Positions 1 through 9,153 of a DNA stretch of 64,000 nucleotides are shown piece by piece; positions within the stretch are counted from its first letter, which is position 1; every line of letters begins with the position of its first letter. The notes beneath the pieces are model-generated. The model was not told where the DNA came from. It saw only the letters and a program-made list of their open reading frames with translations, and made no database searches. The DNA is from Candidatus Latescibacterota bacterium. Lineage in GTDB: Bacteria; Latescibacterota; UBA2968; UBA8231. The stretch covers positions 6,080,001 to 6,144,000 of the forward strand of contig CBDETY010000003.1 of the NCBI GenBank assembly GCA_965243025.1. Reading direction: 5' to 3'. The position numbers and the translations under genes are program-made.

Positions 1-921
1 GACTGGCACCTCAACGTGGGGGTGCCTGTGTCGAGCAACAGCGCCGAGGCGGAGCTACGCCTCTTCCGGCGGATCCTCGTCGCAGCGTGGGGAATTGCCT
101 CGCGCAGTGCCATCCAGGAATCCGACGTTTGCCAGGCTTTGCAAAATACAGACAAGGACGAGAACTGGACGGGAGTCCACCCGGAGAAGATCAACGCGGT
201 GCCCGAAGTCGCCGCCGAGGTCGCCGGCTATGCGAATCGCGACCGACCGGAGGGACTGCAGTTCCTTATCGACGTGGGAGCAATGACTTTGGATATGGCT
301 GCGTTTATTGCCCACGAGAGAGAGGACAGGGATCACTACGAGCTGTTATGCACAGATGTCAGGCTTTTTGGCTGTAGTGAGTTTGTCAAGACACAAGCGG
401 ATGTTTTCTCAGACCTCGTGCACAAACAGGGACTGGCGAACTATGGGATGTCCCGGATGCCCACCCGCTTCGAAGAGTTCTTGCCGACTGATGAAGCCTT
501 GCAAGAGGCGTTCGAGACTAGCCAGCGGGGATTTTGCAGAAAGGTGGCGGGGGCGGTTGCCAAAGTTATCATCGAGACCAAAATGAATCGATACCCTCTC
601 GCGAGGGAGTGGGAGCAGGGGCTTCCTACCCTCCTGTGCGGGGGCGGCAGTTCCAGTCAAGTCTACGAAAATGTGCTCAGAATATGCGAAAGCAAGTTCG
701 ACCAAATGGGGTGGCAATGGCGAGGGTTACCGAAGATTCCCTTGCAAAAGTCAGGTGAACTGGAAGCCCCTTTCCTCGGACCTGATGATTTCCATCGCCT
801 GGCCGTAGCACACGGGTTGAGCCATCACGTCTGGGATATTGGTGAGGTCCATTTGCCCGGGGAGATTCCAGATGGTGAAGGCCCACCGGTACGCGAGCGT
901 CCTCCGGAGATCACGGTGTAA
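1..921 (+). CDS. Actin-like/Hsp70-fold (ASKHA) ATPase domain protein, 5' truncated by window edge
   Basis: Frame 1 is open from base 1 (DWHLNVGVP...). It has a phosphate-2-like IDVGAMTLD, an adenosine-like LCGGGSSS and a connect-2-like LAVAHGLS motif. Confidence 0.6.
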   Translation, partial: DWHLNVGVPVSSNSAEAELRLFRRILVAAWGIASRSAIQESDVCQALQNTDKDENWTGVHPEKINAVPEVAAEVAGYANRDRPEGLQFLIDVGAMTLDMAAFIAHEREDRDHYELLCTDVRLFGCSEFVKTQADVFSDLVHKQGLANYGMSRMPTRFEEFLPTDEALQEAFETSQRGFCRKVAGAVAKVIIETKMNRYPLAREWEQGLPTLLCGGGSSSQVYENVLRICESKFDQMGWQWRGLPKIPLQKSGELEAPFLGPDDFHRLAVAHGLSHHVWDIGEVHLPGEIPDGEGPPVRERPPEITV

Positions 922-926
922 CTCCG

Positions 927-942
927 TTTCCCACGTGGGAAA
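927..942. promoter_or_regulatory. Perfect 16-bp palindrome TTTCCCACGTGGGAAA, candidate protein-binding site
   Basis: Self-complementary with no loop, located between the first two genes. Confidence 0.4.
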
Positions 943-983
943 AATCATTCTGCTGTGAGCCCTGCATCATCCATCGATAGGCC

Positions 984-1979
984 GTGCTTCTGGTAATGCC
1001 TGGGAACGGATTTCCAATGAACTCTCCTCCCCCGGGCGCTTCCCGACACGGCGACAGTCGCATTGTTGTCGCCCGCGACAGTTCCGACGCGGTCCGCACG
1101 ATTAACCGACAGATCGGGACCATCGGCGATTTTGCCCGGGCAACTAACCCCGATGCAATGCCGGCGCCCAAGGTAACCGACACGGTATCCGTCTACGACC
1201 TCGACACCCGCTCCCTCCACTTAATCCTCGTGCACCGTCTCGACATCCGGCCACAACCCGCACCGGCCGTCCGCAACATGGTCGTCTTCTCGGAACCGGC
1301 CTACGCCCCTTGTCGAGTTGAGAAGCTCCAACTCGCCACCCCCGCTTACTACCGCGATCACGAAGATCTTGAGCCCGGAATTCGTGACCATCACGACGGC
1401 ACCCTCACCCGGGACGGCACGCGGTGGGCAAGCTCGATCATGGGTGGGACCGTGAGCGCCCGCCTTTCGTTCTCCTCCTCAAGCGAACCCTGGGTCTACT
1501 GCGCCTCCCATTACTGCACCGACAGGGAGCTTCGCCGTCTGCGGAGCAAATTCTGTGGCAAGTACGGCTATTCCGCGGCTACCCTGATAGAGGATGCCGA
1601 TGCCTTCGCCACATGGCTCGGCGTCGACTTCGCTCTGGGCTTCGACAAGACGGCCGATGTCTCCCTCGGTCCGATTGACGAAATCTGTTACGCGCGCAGC
1701 AGCTACACGACGAACCTGTGGGATGGATCCGGTCCCATCGACACCTTCGTTCACGTCTACCACGGTCCGGTCAACTATCAGGACGTGTCCGGCCGCGTCG
1801 ACAGGCAGGAACAGTGGTTTGACCCGAACGCCGGTCCCATGGCATGGTTTACCAAGAAGACCTCGTTCAGGAACCAGAGCGAATACCGCTTCGCGGTCAC
1901 GACGCTTGGCACTCCCGTGCAGCCGAAACACTACGTCGCCGTGTCGCCGGAATTGAGCGCCCTGACTTCCGCCCTGTGA
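984..1979 (+). CDS. Hypothetical protein (DUF2971-like C-terminal motif); alternative start 1017
   Basis: 331-aa ORF with coding-like codon usage; WVYCAS and FTKKTSFRNQSEYRF motifs. Confidence 0.6.
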   Translation: MLLVMPGNGFPMNSPPPGASRHGDSRIVVARDSSDAVRTINRQIGTIGDFARATNPDAMPAPKVTDTVSVYDLDTRSLHLILVHRLDIRPQPAPAVRNMVVFSEPAYAPCRVEKLQLATPAYYRDHEDLEPGIRDHHDGTLTRDGTRWASSIMGGTVSARLSFSSSSEPWVYCASHYCTDRELRRLRSKFCGKYGYSAATLIEDADAFATWLGVDFALGFDKTADVSLGPIDEICYARSSYTTNLWDGSGPIDTFVHVYHGPVNYQDVSGRVDRQEQWFDPNAGPMAWFTKKTSFRNQSEYRFAVTTLGTPVQPKHYVAVSPELSALTSAL

Positions 1980-2432
1980 GTTTCCTTGGAAGCAGTGCCC
2001 ATCTGGGGGATAGGAACCGGAGATCCAGACCCTCCCCCCTCGACTGGTCGTGGCTCTCGACCCTCGGTGTCAATTTGGCATTCCCCCGGGTCTCCGAATA
2101 GTCTTTGCCGTCATGCCAAGTACCCTGATAGACAAGGAGTTAGAGCCCGACGTTACTATCAAATTCACCGAGATGGGGAGATGGCCCTTTCCAGAATTGC
2201 CTGACCTTCAGCACCTGATCCTATGGACTTGCCAGCCAGCCGACATCCCAGATTTCCCGGCAGAACTGCAGGGAACCGCACTCTATTCATCTTGCTAACT
2301 TTTCATAACATTCGACGTAATTCCCATTAAAAAGCTTCCCGACCGGGGCTCCGGAGTTCCGGCCCGAAGCATCCGGCATCCCGGCGGACCGGGAGCTCGA
2401 ATCGCCGCCTTTACATGTGAGAAAGGAAGAGA

Positions 2433-3278
2433 ATGGACAGCCAGCTGTTGCCGACGACGAATGGGGACGGTCTGCCGGTCGTTCCCATGACCGAGGGGCA
2501 GAGATACACCTTCGACGTCAAGGGTTGGATCTGCCTGCCGGGGCTTTTGAGCGATGACGAGTTGGGAGCGGTCCTCGAACATCAGCACAAGCTGATGGAG
2601 GAACCGGAGTCCCTGCCGCCGGAAGAGCGGAACTCGGTGGGCGGCCCCTCGCAGGTCATGCTCGACCACCCCGTGCTCGCCGGCGTTCTCAACGAGATCG
2701 TGTCCCACCAGGGGCTGGCCAGCGAGGACTGCTACGGTTTCCGCTTCGAGCGCACCCGCACCGAACGGAGGCCCTTCGGCAACGACAATTTCAACGCCCA
2801 CGGGGGGAGCGGATACTTCAACCTCTGCGGAGATTCCCACCTCTACCAGATGGTGCCCGGGAAGATCCACGCCGGCCTCACGCGCGTGGTGTGGGAGTTG
2901 AACGAGGTGGCCTGTGGAGGCGGGGGCACTCTGTTCATCCCGGGAAGCCACAAGGCGGCGTTCGAGCTGCCGGACGAGGTCAGCGGCCGGGACAGCCCCC
3001 TGTGGGAGACCTACGCCTGCCCCCCGGGATCTGTCGTCGTCTTCACCGAGGGCATCTGCCATTCCGGGTCGACCTGGACCAACAGGGAATGGGACCGCCT
3101 CTGCCTGTTCAGCCTCTACAACACGGTGAACTGCCGTTGGGGAAGGAGCAGCGTGCCGCCAGAAGTCGTGGCCGCGATGCCGCCGAAGCGCCGCACCCTG
3201 TTCCGCGACGTGTGGGTCGCCCGCGGAAAACCGATCGACGACAACCTGTATTTCGACGAGAAGAACTTCGCCGCCTGA
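2433..3278 (+). CDS. Phytanoyl-CoA dioxygenase (PhyH)-family Fe(II)/2OG enzyme
   Basis: QRYTFDVKGW N-terminus, GGTLFIPGSHK, PPGSVVVFTEGICHSG; AAAGGAAG RBS upstream. Confidence 0.85.
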   Translation: MDSQLLPTTNGDGLPVVPMTEGQRYTFDVKGWICLPGLLSDDELGAVLEHQHKLMEEPESLPPEERNSVGGPSQVMLDHPVLAGVLNEIVSHQGLASEDCYGFRFERTRTERRPFGNDNFNAHGGSGYFNLCGDSHLYQMVPGKIHAGLTRVVWELNEVACGGGGTLFIPGSHKAAFELPDEVSGRDSPLWETYACPPGSVVVFTEGICHSGSTWTNREWDRLCLFSLYNTVNCRWGRSSVPPEVVAAMPPKRRTLFRDVWVARGKPIDDNLYFDEKNFAA

Positions 3279-3459
3279 GACCGGGTTGTCCGGGGCGGCC
3301 GCTCCGGGAGCCGGCGGCGCAGCCTGATCCCGGCGTCCTGTGGAGACCCATTATGGAAGAGCCGTTGGTGCGCATCGTGTCGCGGCTGGGCCCTGATCCG
3401 GAAGCCGAAAAAATCGGCGGCCTTCGCGGCACCCGGGGCGCAAGTGCCCCTGAGCCTGC

Positions 3460-4575
3460 CTACCAGTCCTGCACCGAGCCGTCACCCCGGCGCAGGTGAG
3501 GCGGCTCCTTCCCTGAGTGGGGATAGGCCGCGGCAGCTTCCTCGTTCAGGTCGATCCCCAGGCCCGGGGCGTCCGAGCGCAGCAGGTACCCGTCCTCGGT
3601 CCGGAGGTCGTGCTCGATCACCTCGTTCATCCAGGGGGCGGGGGGCGAGTACTCCTGCACCGCGCAGTTGGGGACGGCGAGGTTCAGGTGCAGCATCGCC
3701 GCGGTGCTCACCGGGCTTGCTGTGTAGTGGCAGGCGAGCTCCTGGTAGTGCACCTCCCCCATCGCCGCGATCTTCCTCCCTTCGGTGATGCCGCCGGAGT
3801 GGCAGATGTCCACCCTCAGGTAGTCGACCAGCTCTTCCTCGATCAGCTCCCGGAACGCCCATTTCGTCGGCAGCTGCTCGCCGGTGCCGAGGGGGACGCT
3901 GGTCTGTTCCCGCAGCGTCCTGAAGGAGGCGGGATTCTCCGAGCGGATCGGGTCCTCGACGTAGAACGGGTGGAAGGCCTCGATGCCGTTGCACAGCTCG
4001 ATGGCGCGCGGCGGCGTCAGGCGGGTGTGCACTTCGAGGATGATCTCCAGCTCGTCGCCGATGGCGGCCCGCAGGGCCTCGAAATGTTCGATGCCGCGCC
4101 GCACCGCGGCCTTGGGATCGAAGGGGCCGTCGCAGCGGATCGGGGAGATCCGCAGGACGCGCCAGCCCTCGTCGATCAGCCTGCGGGCGTGCCGTACCAG
4201 TTCTTCGGGGGAACCGCCGCCGGAGTGCCGGTAGAGGAGGACCTTGTCGCGCGACGCTCCCCCCAGCAGCCGGCAGGTCGGGACGCCCAGCGCCTTGCCG
4301 GCGAGGTCCCAGAGCGCTATGTCGACCCCGGCGAGGGCCGATTGCAGCACCGGCCCCCCGCGCCAGAAGGTGCCCCGGAAGATGTCCTGCCAGATATGCT
4401 CGATCCGCGTGGCGTCCTGCCCCACCAGCAGGGGCTTCAGGTGTTCGAGGGCGCCGACCACCGCCAGCGACCTCCCGCTCAGCGAGGCTTCCCCGATGCC
4501 GTGCAACCCGTCGGCGGCGATCTTGACGTACACGAATTCCCCCACTGCGAAGACTTTCACATCGGTGATTTTCAC
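3460..4575 (-). CDS. Enolase-superfamily acid-sugar dehydratase (galactonate/mannonate dehydratase-like)
   Basis: GIGEA, FWRGGPVLQSALAGVDIALWDLAGK, EVHTR/EDP/GEQ metal-ligand positions, PGLGIDLNE. Confidence 0.9.
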   Translation of the reverse strand: MKITDVKVFAVGEFVYVKIAADGLHGIGEASLSGRSLAVVGALEHLKPLLVGQDATRIEHIWQDIFRGTFWRGGPVLQSALAGVDIALWDLAGKALGVPTCRLLGGASRDKVLLYRHSGGGSPEELVRHARRLIDEGWRVLRISPIRCDGPFDPKAAVRRGIEHFEALRAAIGDELEIILEVHTRLTPPRAIELCNGIEAFHPFYVEDPIRSENPASFRTLREQTSVPLGTGEQLPTKWAFRELIEEELVDYLRVDICHSGGITEGRKIAAMGEVHYQELACHYTASPVSTAAMLHLNLAVPNCAVQEYSPPAPWMNEVIEHDLRTEDGYLLRSDAPGLGIDLNEEAAAAYPHSGKEPPHLRRGDGSVQDW

Positions 4576-4838
4576 GGGTTTCTCCTTCGGTCAGCCCCTG
4601 CGCGCGTGAGTCGAGGTACGATCGAGGGCGGTGAATTCACGCCGAATCGCGCGCGCTGGCACTGGGTGAAATCGACTGAACAATCGGTCCTCCAATGGCG
4701 AAATGCGGCTTTCGCAAGGAACCGAATCGTCACGGGTCCGGGAAGGCCGGACAGGGTCTGTCCTTCGTACACGTAGCGGGTCGGGCAGGTGCTCATGTGG
4801 TTCGCCAGGCATGAGGATCCGCACTCCTGGAGCCCGGA

Positions 4839-6260
4839 TCATTCCCGGAACTGAAACGCGAACAGCTTCATCGAGCGCATGACGAAGCGCAGCCGTACCG
4901 GTTGGTTCCGCAACCTCGGGAGCTCGGACGAGCCGTTCCAGGTGATCGCCTTCGCCACCGAGTTGCCGCGGATCGTGTCGCAGCGGTCGAGGCGGTGAGA
5001 CGGGAGCGGCCGTCCGTCGACTGACTGCAGCTCGACCTGCAGCCACCCGCCGGCGCTGCCCTCCATGTTGACTTCCAGGCGCGCCCCGGAAAAGGTCACG
5101 GCAGGAGTGGTGAACTCCCCGCCGCCGTACCCGCCGCGGACCGACACGAACCCGTCCCGCCGTATCCGCGCCCGGAAGACACCCGACAGGGAGGGGTCGC
5201 GGAGCTCTTCCCGGTGATCGCGGCCGGCCCCTCCGTAGTAGATCCACAGCTCGTCCCCGACCGGTATGGGCCAGGGGTTGGCGAAGATCATGCCCGAGCT
5301 GGCCGACCCGTCCGCTCCCAGGCGGAGGAACGGTTCCCGGTCGGGATGCTGCCACCAGGTGATCCCGTCCCGGCTGGTGGCCAGGCGCACGTCGATCGTC
5401 GATGGGAAGGCGTCCTCCTGCCAGTGGTGGTAGGCGGTGGGCAGCAGGATGTAAGCGTCGGGAACGCCGGGCACCTTCATGCCCCCGGGGGTGTAGAAAT
5501 CGACGGTCGGGCGCCAGTCCGGCTCCCCGTTCGGCACCGGGGAGTTCTCGTCGCATTCGTCCGCCTTGAATACCTCCCTGGCCATTGTCCAGGTGCGGAA
5601 ATCGTCCGAGAACATGACGCCGGCCGAGCAGGTCCGCTGTCTGCCTTGCGGCCGTTTCTTGATGCGCACGAAGGCGACGTACCTCCCCAGGTCTTCGTCC
5701 CGGAAACAGAAGCTCTGGGTGTCGGCGGCGTTCCCCCTCCACAGCGGATACCCTTCGTCCGCCCGCTTCCACCGGAATCCGTCAGGGGAGACCATGGCCC
5801 ACAGGCCGGTGCGGATGCCCTGCTTCCGGTCTTCCTCGCTGGCGTAGTACTTGGTCCACAGCTTGTAGCGTTCGGCGGCCGGGGCCTGGTCGTCCCGGAA
5901 GACGCTGGCCCCGGCCATCCGCGAGGGGGCGACGATGTTGTTGTTCATGGATCCGCCGAACGGGATCAGGCCGGTCTCCCGCTTGTCCCAGTGGACTCCG
6001 TCCTCCGACTCGGCATGGCACAGGGCGCGGTGGCTCGTTCCGTCCGGTGCGACAGCCATGGCGTCGTACCACATGCGGAAGCCGCCGTTTTCCAGCATCA
6101 CGGTGTTGAAGCAACCGATGCCCCTGTCTTCCCAGGGTTTGTCGGCGGCGAGGACCGGTGCGGGGTCCTGAACGGGCGTCTCCACGGTCAGGGCGACCCC
6201 TTTGGATTCCGCCAGGAACAGCGGGTCGAACAGCAACTGCCGGTGCGATCCCAGCTCCAT
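4839..6260 (-). CDS. Five-bladed beta-propeller glycosidase-like protein (GH32/43/130 clan-like) with C-terminal beta-sandwich
   Basis: ATG 6260 has an AGGAAGGA RBS. Motifs FRMWY, AESEDGVHW, SRDGITW, ELWIYYGG, RRDGFVS, VRLRF..KLFAFQF. Confidence 0.75.
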   Translation of the reverse strand: MELGSHRQLLFDPLFLAESKGVALTVETPVQDPAPVLAADKPWEDRGIGCFNTVMLENGGFRMWYDAMAVAPDGTSHRALCHAESEDGVHWDKRETGLIPFGGSMNNNIVAPSRMAGASVFRDDQAPAAERYKLWTKYYASEEDRKQGIRTGLWAMVSPDGFRWKRADEGYPLWRGNAADTQSFCFRDEDLGRYVAFVRIKKRPQGRQRTCSAGVMFSDDFRTWTMAREVFKADECDENSPVPNGEPDWRPTVDFYTPGGMKVPGVPDAYILLPTAYHHWQEDAFPSTIDVRLATSRDGITWWQHPDREPFLRLGADGSASSGMIFANPWPIPVGDELWIYYGGAGRDHREELRDPSLSGVFRARIRRDGFVSVRGGYGGGEFTTPAVTFSGARLEVNMEGSAGGWLQVELQSVDGRPLPSHRLDRCDTIRGNSVAKAITWNGSSELPRLRNQPVRLRFVMRSMKLFAFQFRE

Positions 6261-6488
6261 CGGGTTTCCTTCCTGAGGTCCGGTCATCGGCGTTCTCCGG
6301 TCATTTCACCGCACTCCGGCGCATCCTGAAACAGGCTCCCGGCGCTGCAGCAGCAGTCGGGCGCGAAGATGTTTCTGCAGATCCGGACCGCCTGACCCTC
6401 GAGCAGCTCCGGATCCGCGCAGCTCCCGTCCTCCTGCTGCAAAATACTCTCATCGAGACCTCCTTGTACTCCTTCTTCCGGCGCGGCG

Positions 6489-8063
6489 TCAACGCGGAGG
6501 ATCATCCGCTGCCGGGTCGAGCCAGTACGAGAAGAGCGCGGCATTGCGCAGCCTGAACCGCAGCTGAACGAAGCGGTTCACGTGGGTCTGCAGATCGCCG
6601 GATTCCCATTGCAGGGGACAGCGCAGGTGGTCTCCCCGCACCTCCTTCGACCGCGCCACCACCGAGCCTTCGTCGACGGCCTCGACCACGAGCGAGCCGC
6701 GGCCGGCATCGACATTGACGCAGAGCCAGGGAGTTTGCAGAGCGAAGCGGTCGGTGGTCACGACGCCCTCTTCGGCGCCGGCGTCCAGCGACATGAACCC
6801 GTCCCGCCGCATCGTCGCCAGGTGGATGGCGCCAGTTTTCTCATCCGCGTCGGGCGGGGCGCTGCGGTACTTGGCCCCCATGTAATAGAACCAGAGCTCG
6901 CCGTCGATGAGGACAGGTCGCGAAGGCGGCATGATCTGGCTCAGGTCGCAGGCACCCGAGCCCGTTTCCGAGGGACCGATGAAGGGACGGCGGTCCCCGA
7001 GCCGTTTCCAGCTGGCCAGGTCGCGGCTGCAGACGAGTTGCACGTGGTGGAAACCGTCCGAGTTCTCGTTGACGTTTCCCGTGTGGTAGAAGAAAGCGGC
7101 CATGCCGATGTAGAGTCCCTCGTAGCGGCTGACCCCCATGTTGTAGACGTCCACCATGTATTCGGCCGGCACGTTGTGCTGCGGCTGCTGCAGCCTCGGG
7201 TTTGCCAGACGTTCCGCAATTACCTGACGGGCGAGTTGCTGATCCTCCTGGTCGGCGTGGAAGGTGAGCCTCGGGCCGTTCCAATGCTCGAAGTCGGGGC
7301 TGGTGGCCAGGGCGACCGAGCGTCCGTACGGGCCCATCTCCCCTTCCTTCAGCGTAGCGAGGAAGGTTCCCGTGGCCTCGTCGTAACTGAGGTTTGCCTC
7401 GTCGCCGGAAGGCAGGCTGCGGCAGTCCAGCCTGCGCCAGTGAATGCCGTCCGCGCTGACCGTCAGGTCGTGGGTCTGGAATCTCCCCCTGCCGGAAAAG
7501 CGCTCTTCCGGTTCGGCGTCGGGATGCTCCTCGACCTGAATCACCCAGCTCAACTGGTATTGGGAAGGGTCGTTCAGTACATGCCGGTCGGGGTAGGCGA
7601 GCCGCCAGGGATTCTCCGTCAAGCGCCAGTGGGCGCCGGTGGGACTCACCATGCGTTCGCTGACACCGCGCAGCTTCAGGCTCTTGTAGCGGCGGGAGGG
7701 ATCGGGGTCGTGCGGATCGTAGACGACCTGTTCTCCACACAGGGGGGAGACGAGGTTGTTTTCCAGCGACCCCCGGTACTCGCGGCATCGCAGGACGGGC
7801 CGGACCCAGTCGAGGCCGTCCTGACTTTCGGCGTATGAAATACCGTCTTTTTCGGAAAGCCAGATTTTGTAGCAGCGGTCTTCCGGGACCCAGGACGGGG
7901 CGCACCTGGTCTGCACGCTGCCAGCCCCTTCGGGTTCGATGACGGGGCCCTTCTTCTGCGGCTGGTGGAGCGTGTGGCCGAGGTTCTCGCGGCTGGCTAC
8001 TCCCTCGAGGTCGAGAAAGAGCTGGCGCTCGCCGACGGGAACCTCCCATGGTCCGGCTCTCAC
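6489..8063 (-). CDS. Five-bladed beta-propeller glycosidase-like protein, paralog of 4839-6260
   Basis: RQLFLD, YAESQDGLDW, SADGIHW, ELWFYYMG, RRDGFMSL, VQLRFRL..LFSYW. Confidence 0.75.
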   Translation of the reverse strand: MRAGPWEVPVGERQLFLDLEGVASRENLGHTLHQPQKKGPVIEPEGAGSVQTRCAPSWVPEDRCYKIWLSEKDGISYAESQDGLDWVRPVLRCREYRGSLENNLVSPLCGEQVVYDPHDPDPSRRYKSLKLRGVSERMVSPTGAHWRLTENPWRLAYPDRHVLNDPSQYQLSWVIQVEEHPDAEPEERFSGRGRFQTHDLTVSADGIHWRRLDCRSLPSGDEANLSYDEATGTFLATLKEGEMGPYGRSVALATSPDFEHWNGPRLTFHADQEDQQLARQVIAERLANPRLQQPQHNVPAEYMVDVYNMGVSRYEGLYIGMAAFFYHTGNVNENSDGFHHVQLVCSRDLASWKRLGDRRPFIGPSETGSGACDLSQIMPPSRPVLIDGELWFYYMGAKYRSAPPDADEKTGAIHLATMRRDGFMSLDAGAEEGVVTTDRFALQTPWLCVNVDAGRGSLVVEAVDEGSVVARSKEVRGDHLRCPLQWESGDLQTHVNRFVQLRFRLRNAALFSYWLDPAADDPPR

Positions 8064-8172
8064 TGTCCGTGCTCCTTGCTGACCGGGTTCAAGTCGGTGG
8101 ATCGCCCTGAAACGGGACGGGCGCCTCCGTAAGTGACATGGGGCGGGAACGCCCGTCTTCGCGCACGTTGAA

Positions 8173-8964
8173 TCAGTACCCTGCCAGCAGCTCGCGCAGA
8201 CAGACCGCGGCCTTGCGCACCTGCTCGACCCGGTCTTCCGCTTCCCCTTCGTAGACGATGGATATGCAGCCGTTGTAGTCGACCTTTTTGAGAATCGGCA
8301 CGATGCGCTCGTAGTCGAGCCACTCGTCCCGCCCGCTCTCGATCCGGTAGAACTTGGTGCGCACGTAGAAGGCGTGCGGGGCGATCTCCTCCATGAAACG
8401 GTAGAAGTCGACCTTCGGTGCTTGCCCGCGCGGGTACGAGCCGGGAGACCCGATCCATTGGCCGGTGTCCATTACGAAGGTGAAGTTCTCGCGGTCGGTC
8501 TCCCGCCATATGCGCAGCATGACGTCGCTCGTAGACGGGTGGTTCTGCAGCCCCACCGCAATTCCCCTGGCTGCGGCGTAGTCGGCGACCTCCTGGTAGC
8601 CGCCGATCATCGCCGGCCAGGGGTCCTCCCCGTCGGCCCCCCTTTCCGGCTCCCCCTTGCAGAACACGCGGATGATCGGCGATCCGATGAAGGCGGCCAG
8701 GTCGACGGCGTTCCGGCAGGTGTCGGTGAATCCCCGCCGTTCTTCGTCCGTCCCCAGGGGAAGTCCGCTGACCCCGATGTACCCTATCGGCAGTCCGTAC
8801 TTCAGGCAGAGCAGCTTGACGCTGCTGAGGTATTCGGGGTCGGTCGAAGCGAACGACCGCTGATGGAAGTCGACGCAATCGAGTCTCAGATCGCGAGCGG
8901 TTTCGATGAATGCCTCGATGCTGGTGTCCCTGAGACTCAGGTGGTTGCAGCCGATCTTGAGCAT
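8173..8964 (-). CDS. Sugar phosphate isomerase/epimerase (xylose isomerase-like TIM barrel)
   Basis: GSPIIRVF, GLQNH, MDTGQW, DYERIV.IL...YNGCISIVYEG. Confidence 0.85.
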   Translation of the reverse strand: MLKIGCNHLSLRDTSIEAFIETARDLRLDCVDFHQRSFASTDPEYLSSVKLLCLKYGLPIGYIGVSGLPLGTDEERRGFTDTCRNAVDLAAFIGSPIIRVFCKGEPERGADGEDPWPAMIGGYQEVADYAAARGIAVGLQNHPSTSDVMLRIWRETDRENFTFVMDTGQWIGSPGSYPRGQAPKVDFYRFMEEIAPHAFYVRTKFYRIESGRDEWLDYERIVPILKKVDYNGCISIVYEGEAEDRVEQVRKAAVCLRELLAGY

Positions 8965-9085
8965 GGTTCTCCAGTCCTTTCAGGTTTCGGTTATACCCCT
9001 CGCGGAATGCCCGCGAGCGCCTTCACGTCAAACCAAGCGTACGGACGAGGGGGAGGACCAACTGCGACCTTTCGCCGATGCGTCC

Positions 9086-9153
9086 GCTCGCAAGGGGCCT
9101 GCGCGAGCCTGACCGGGAGTGTACGGAGAGCGAAGGCACCGCCGCGGCACTAG
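9086..9153 (+). repeat. Degenerate partial copy of the MITE-like element at 52571
   Basis: GCTCGCAAGGGGCCTGCGCGAG..GTACGGAGAGCGAAGGCACCGCCG matches the element core GCTCACAAGGCGCCTGAGCGAG..GTACGGGGAGCGAAGGCAACGCCG. It ends in CTAG overlapping the UPF0182 stop codon. Confidence 0.6.

Noticed and set aside
2050-2298. 82-aa ORF at the island edge
   Set aside because: No recognisable motif or clear RBS; may be a gene fragment but cannot be supported.
6284-6556. Small ORFs between the two propeller genes
   Set aside because: Several competing frames, none with convincing motifs or an RBS.
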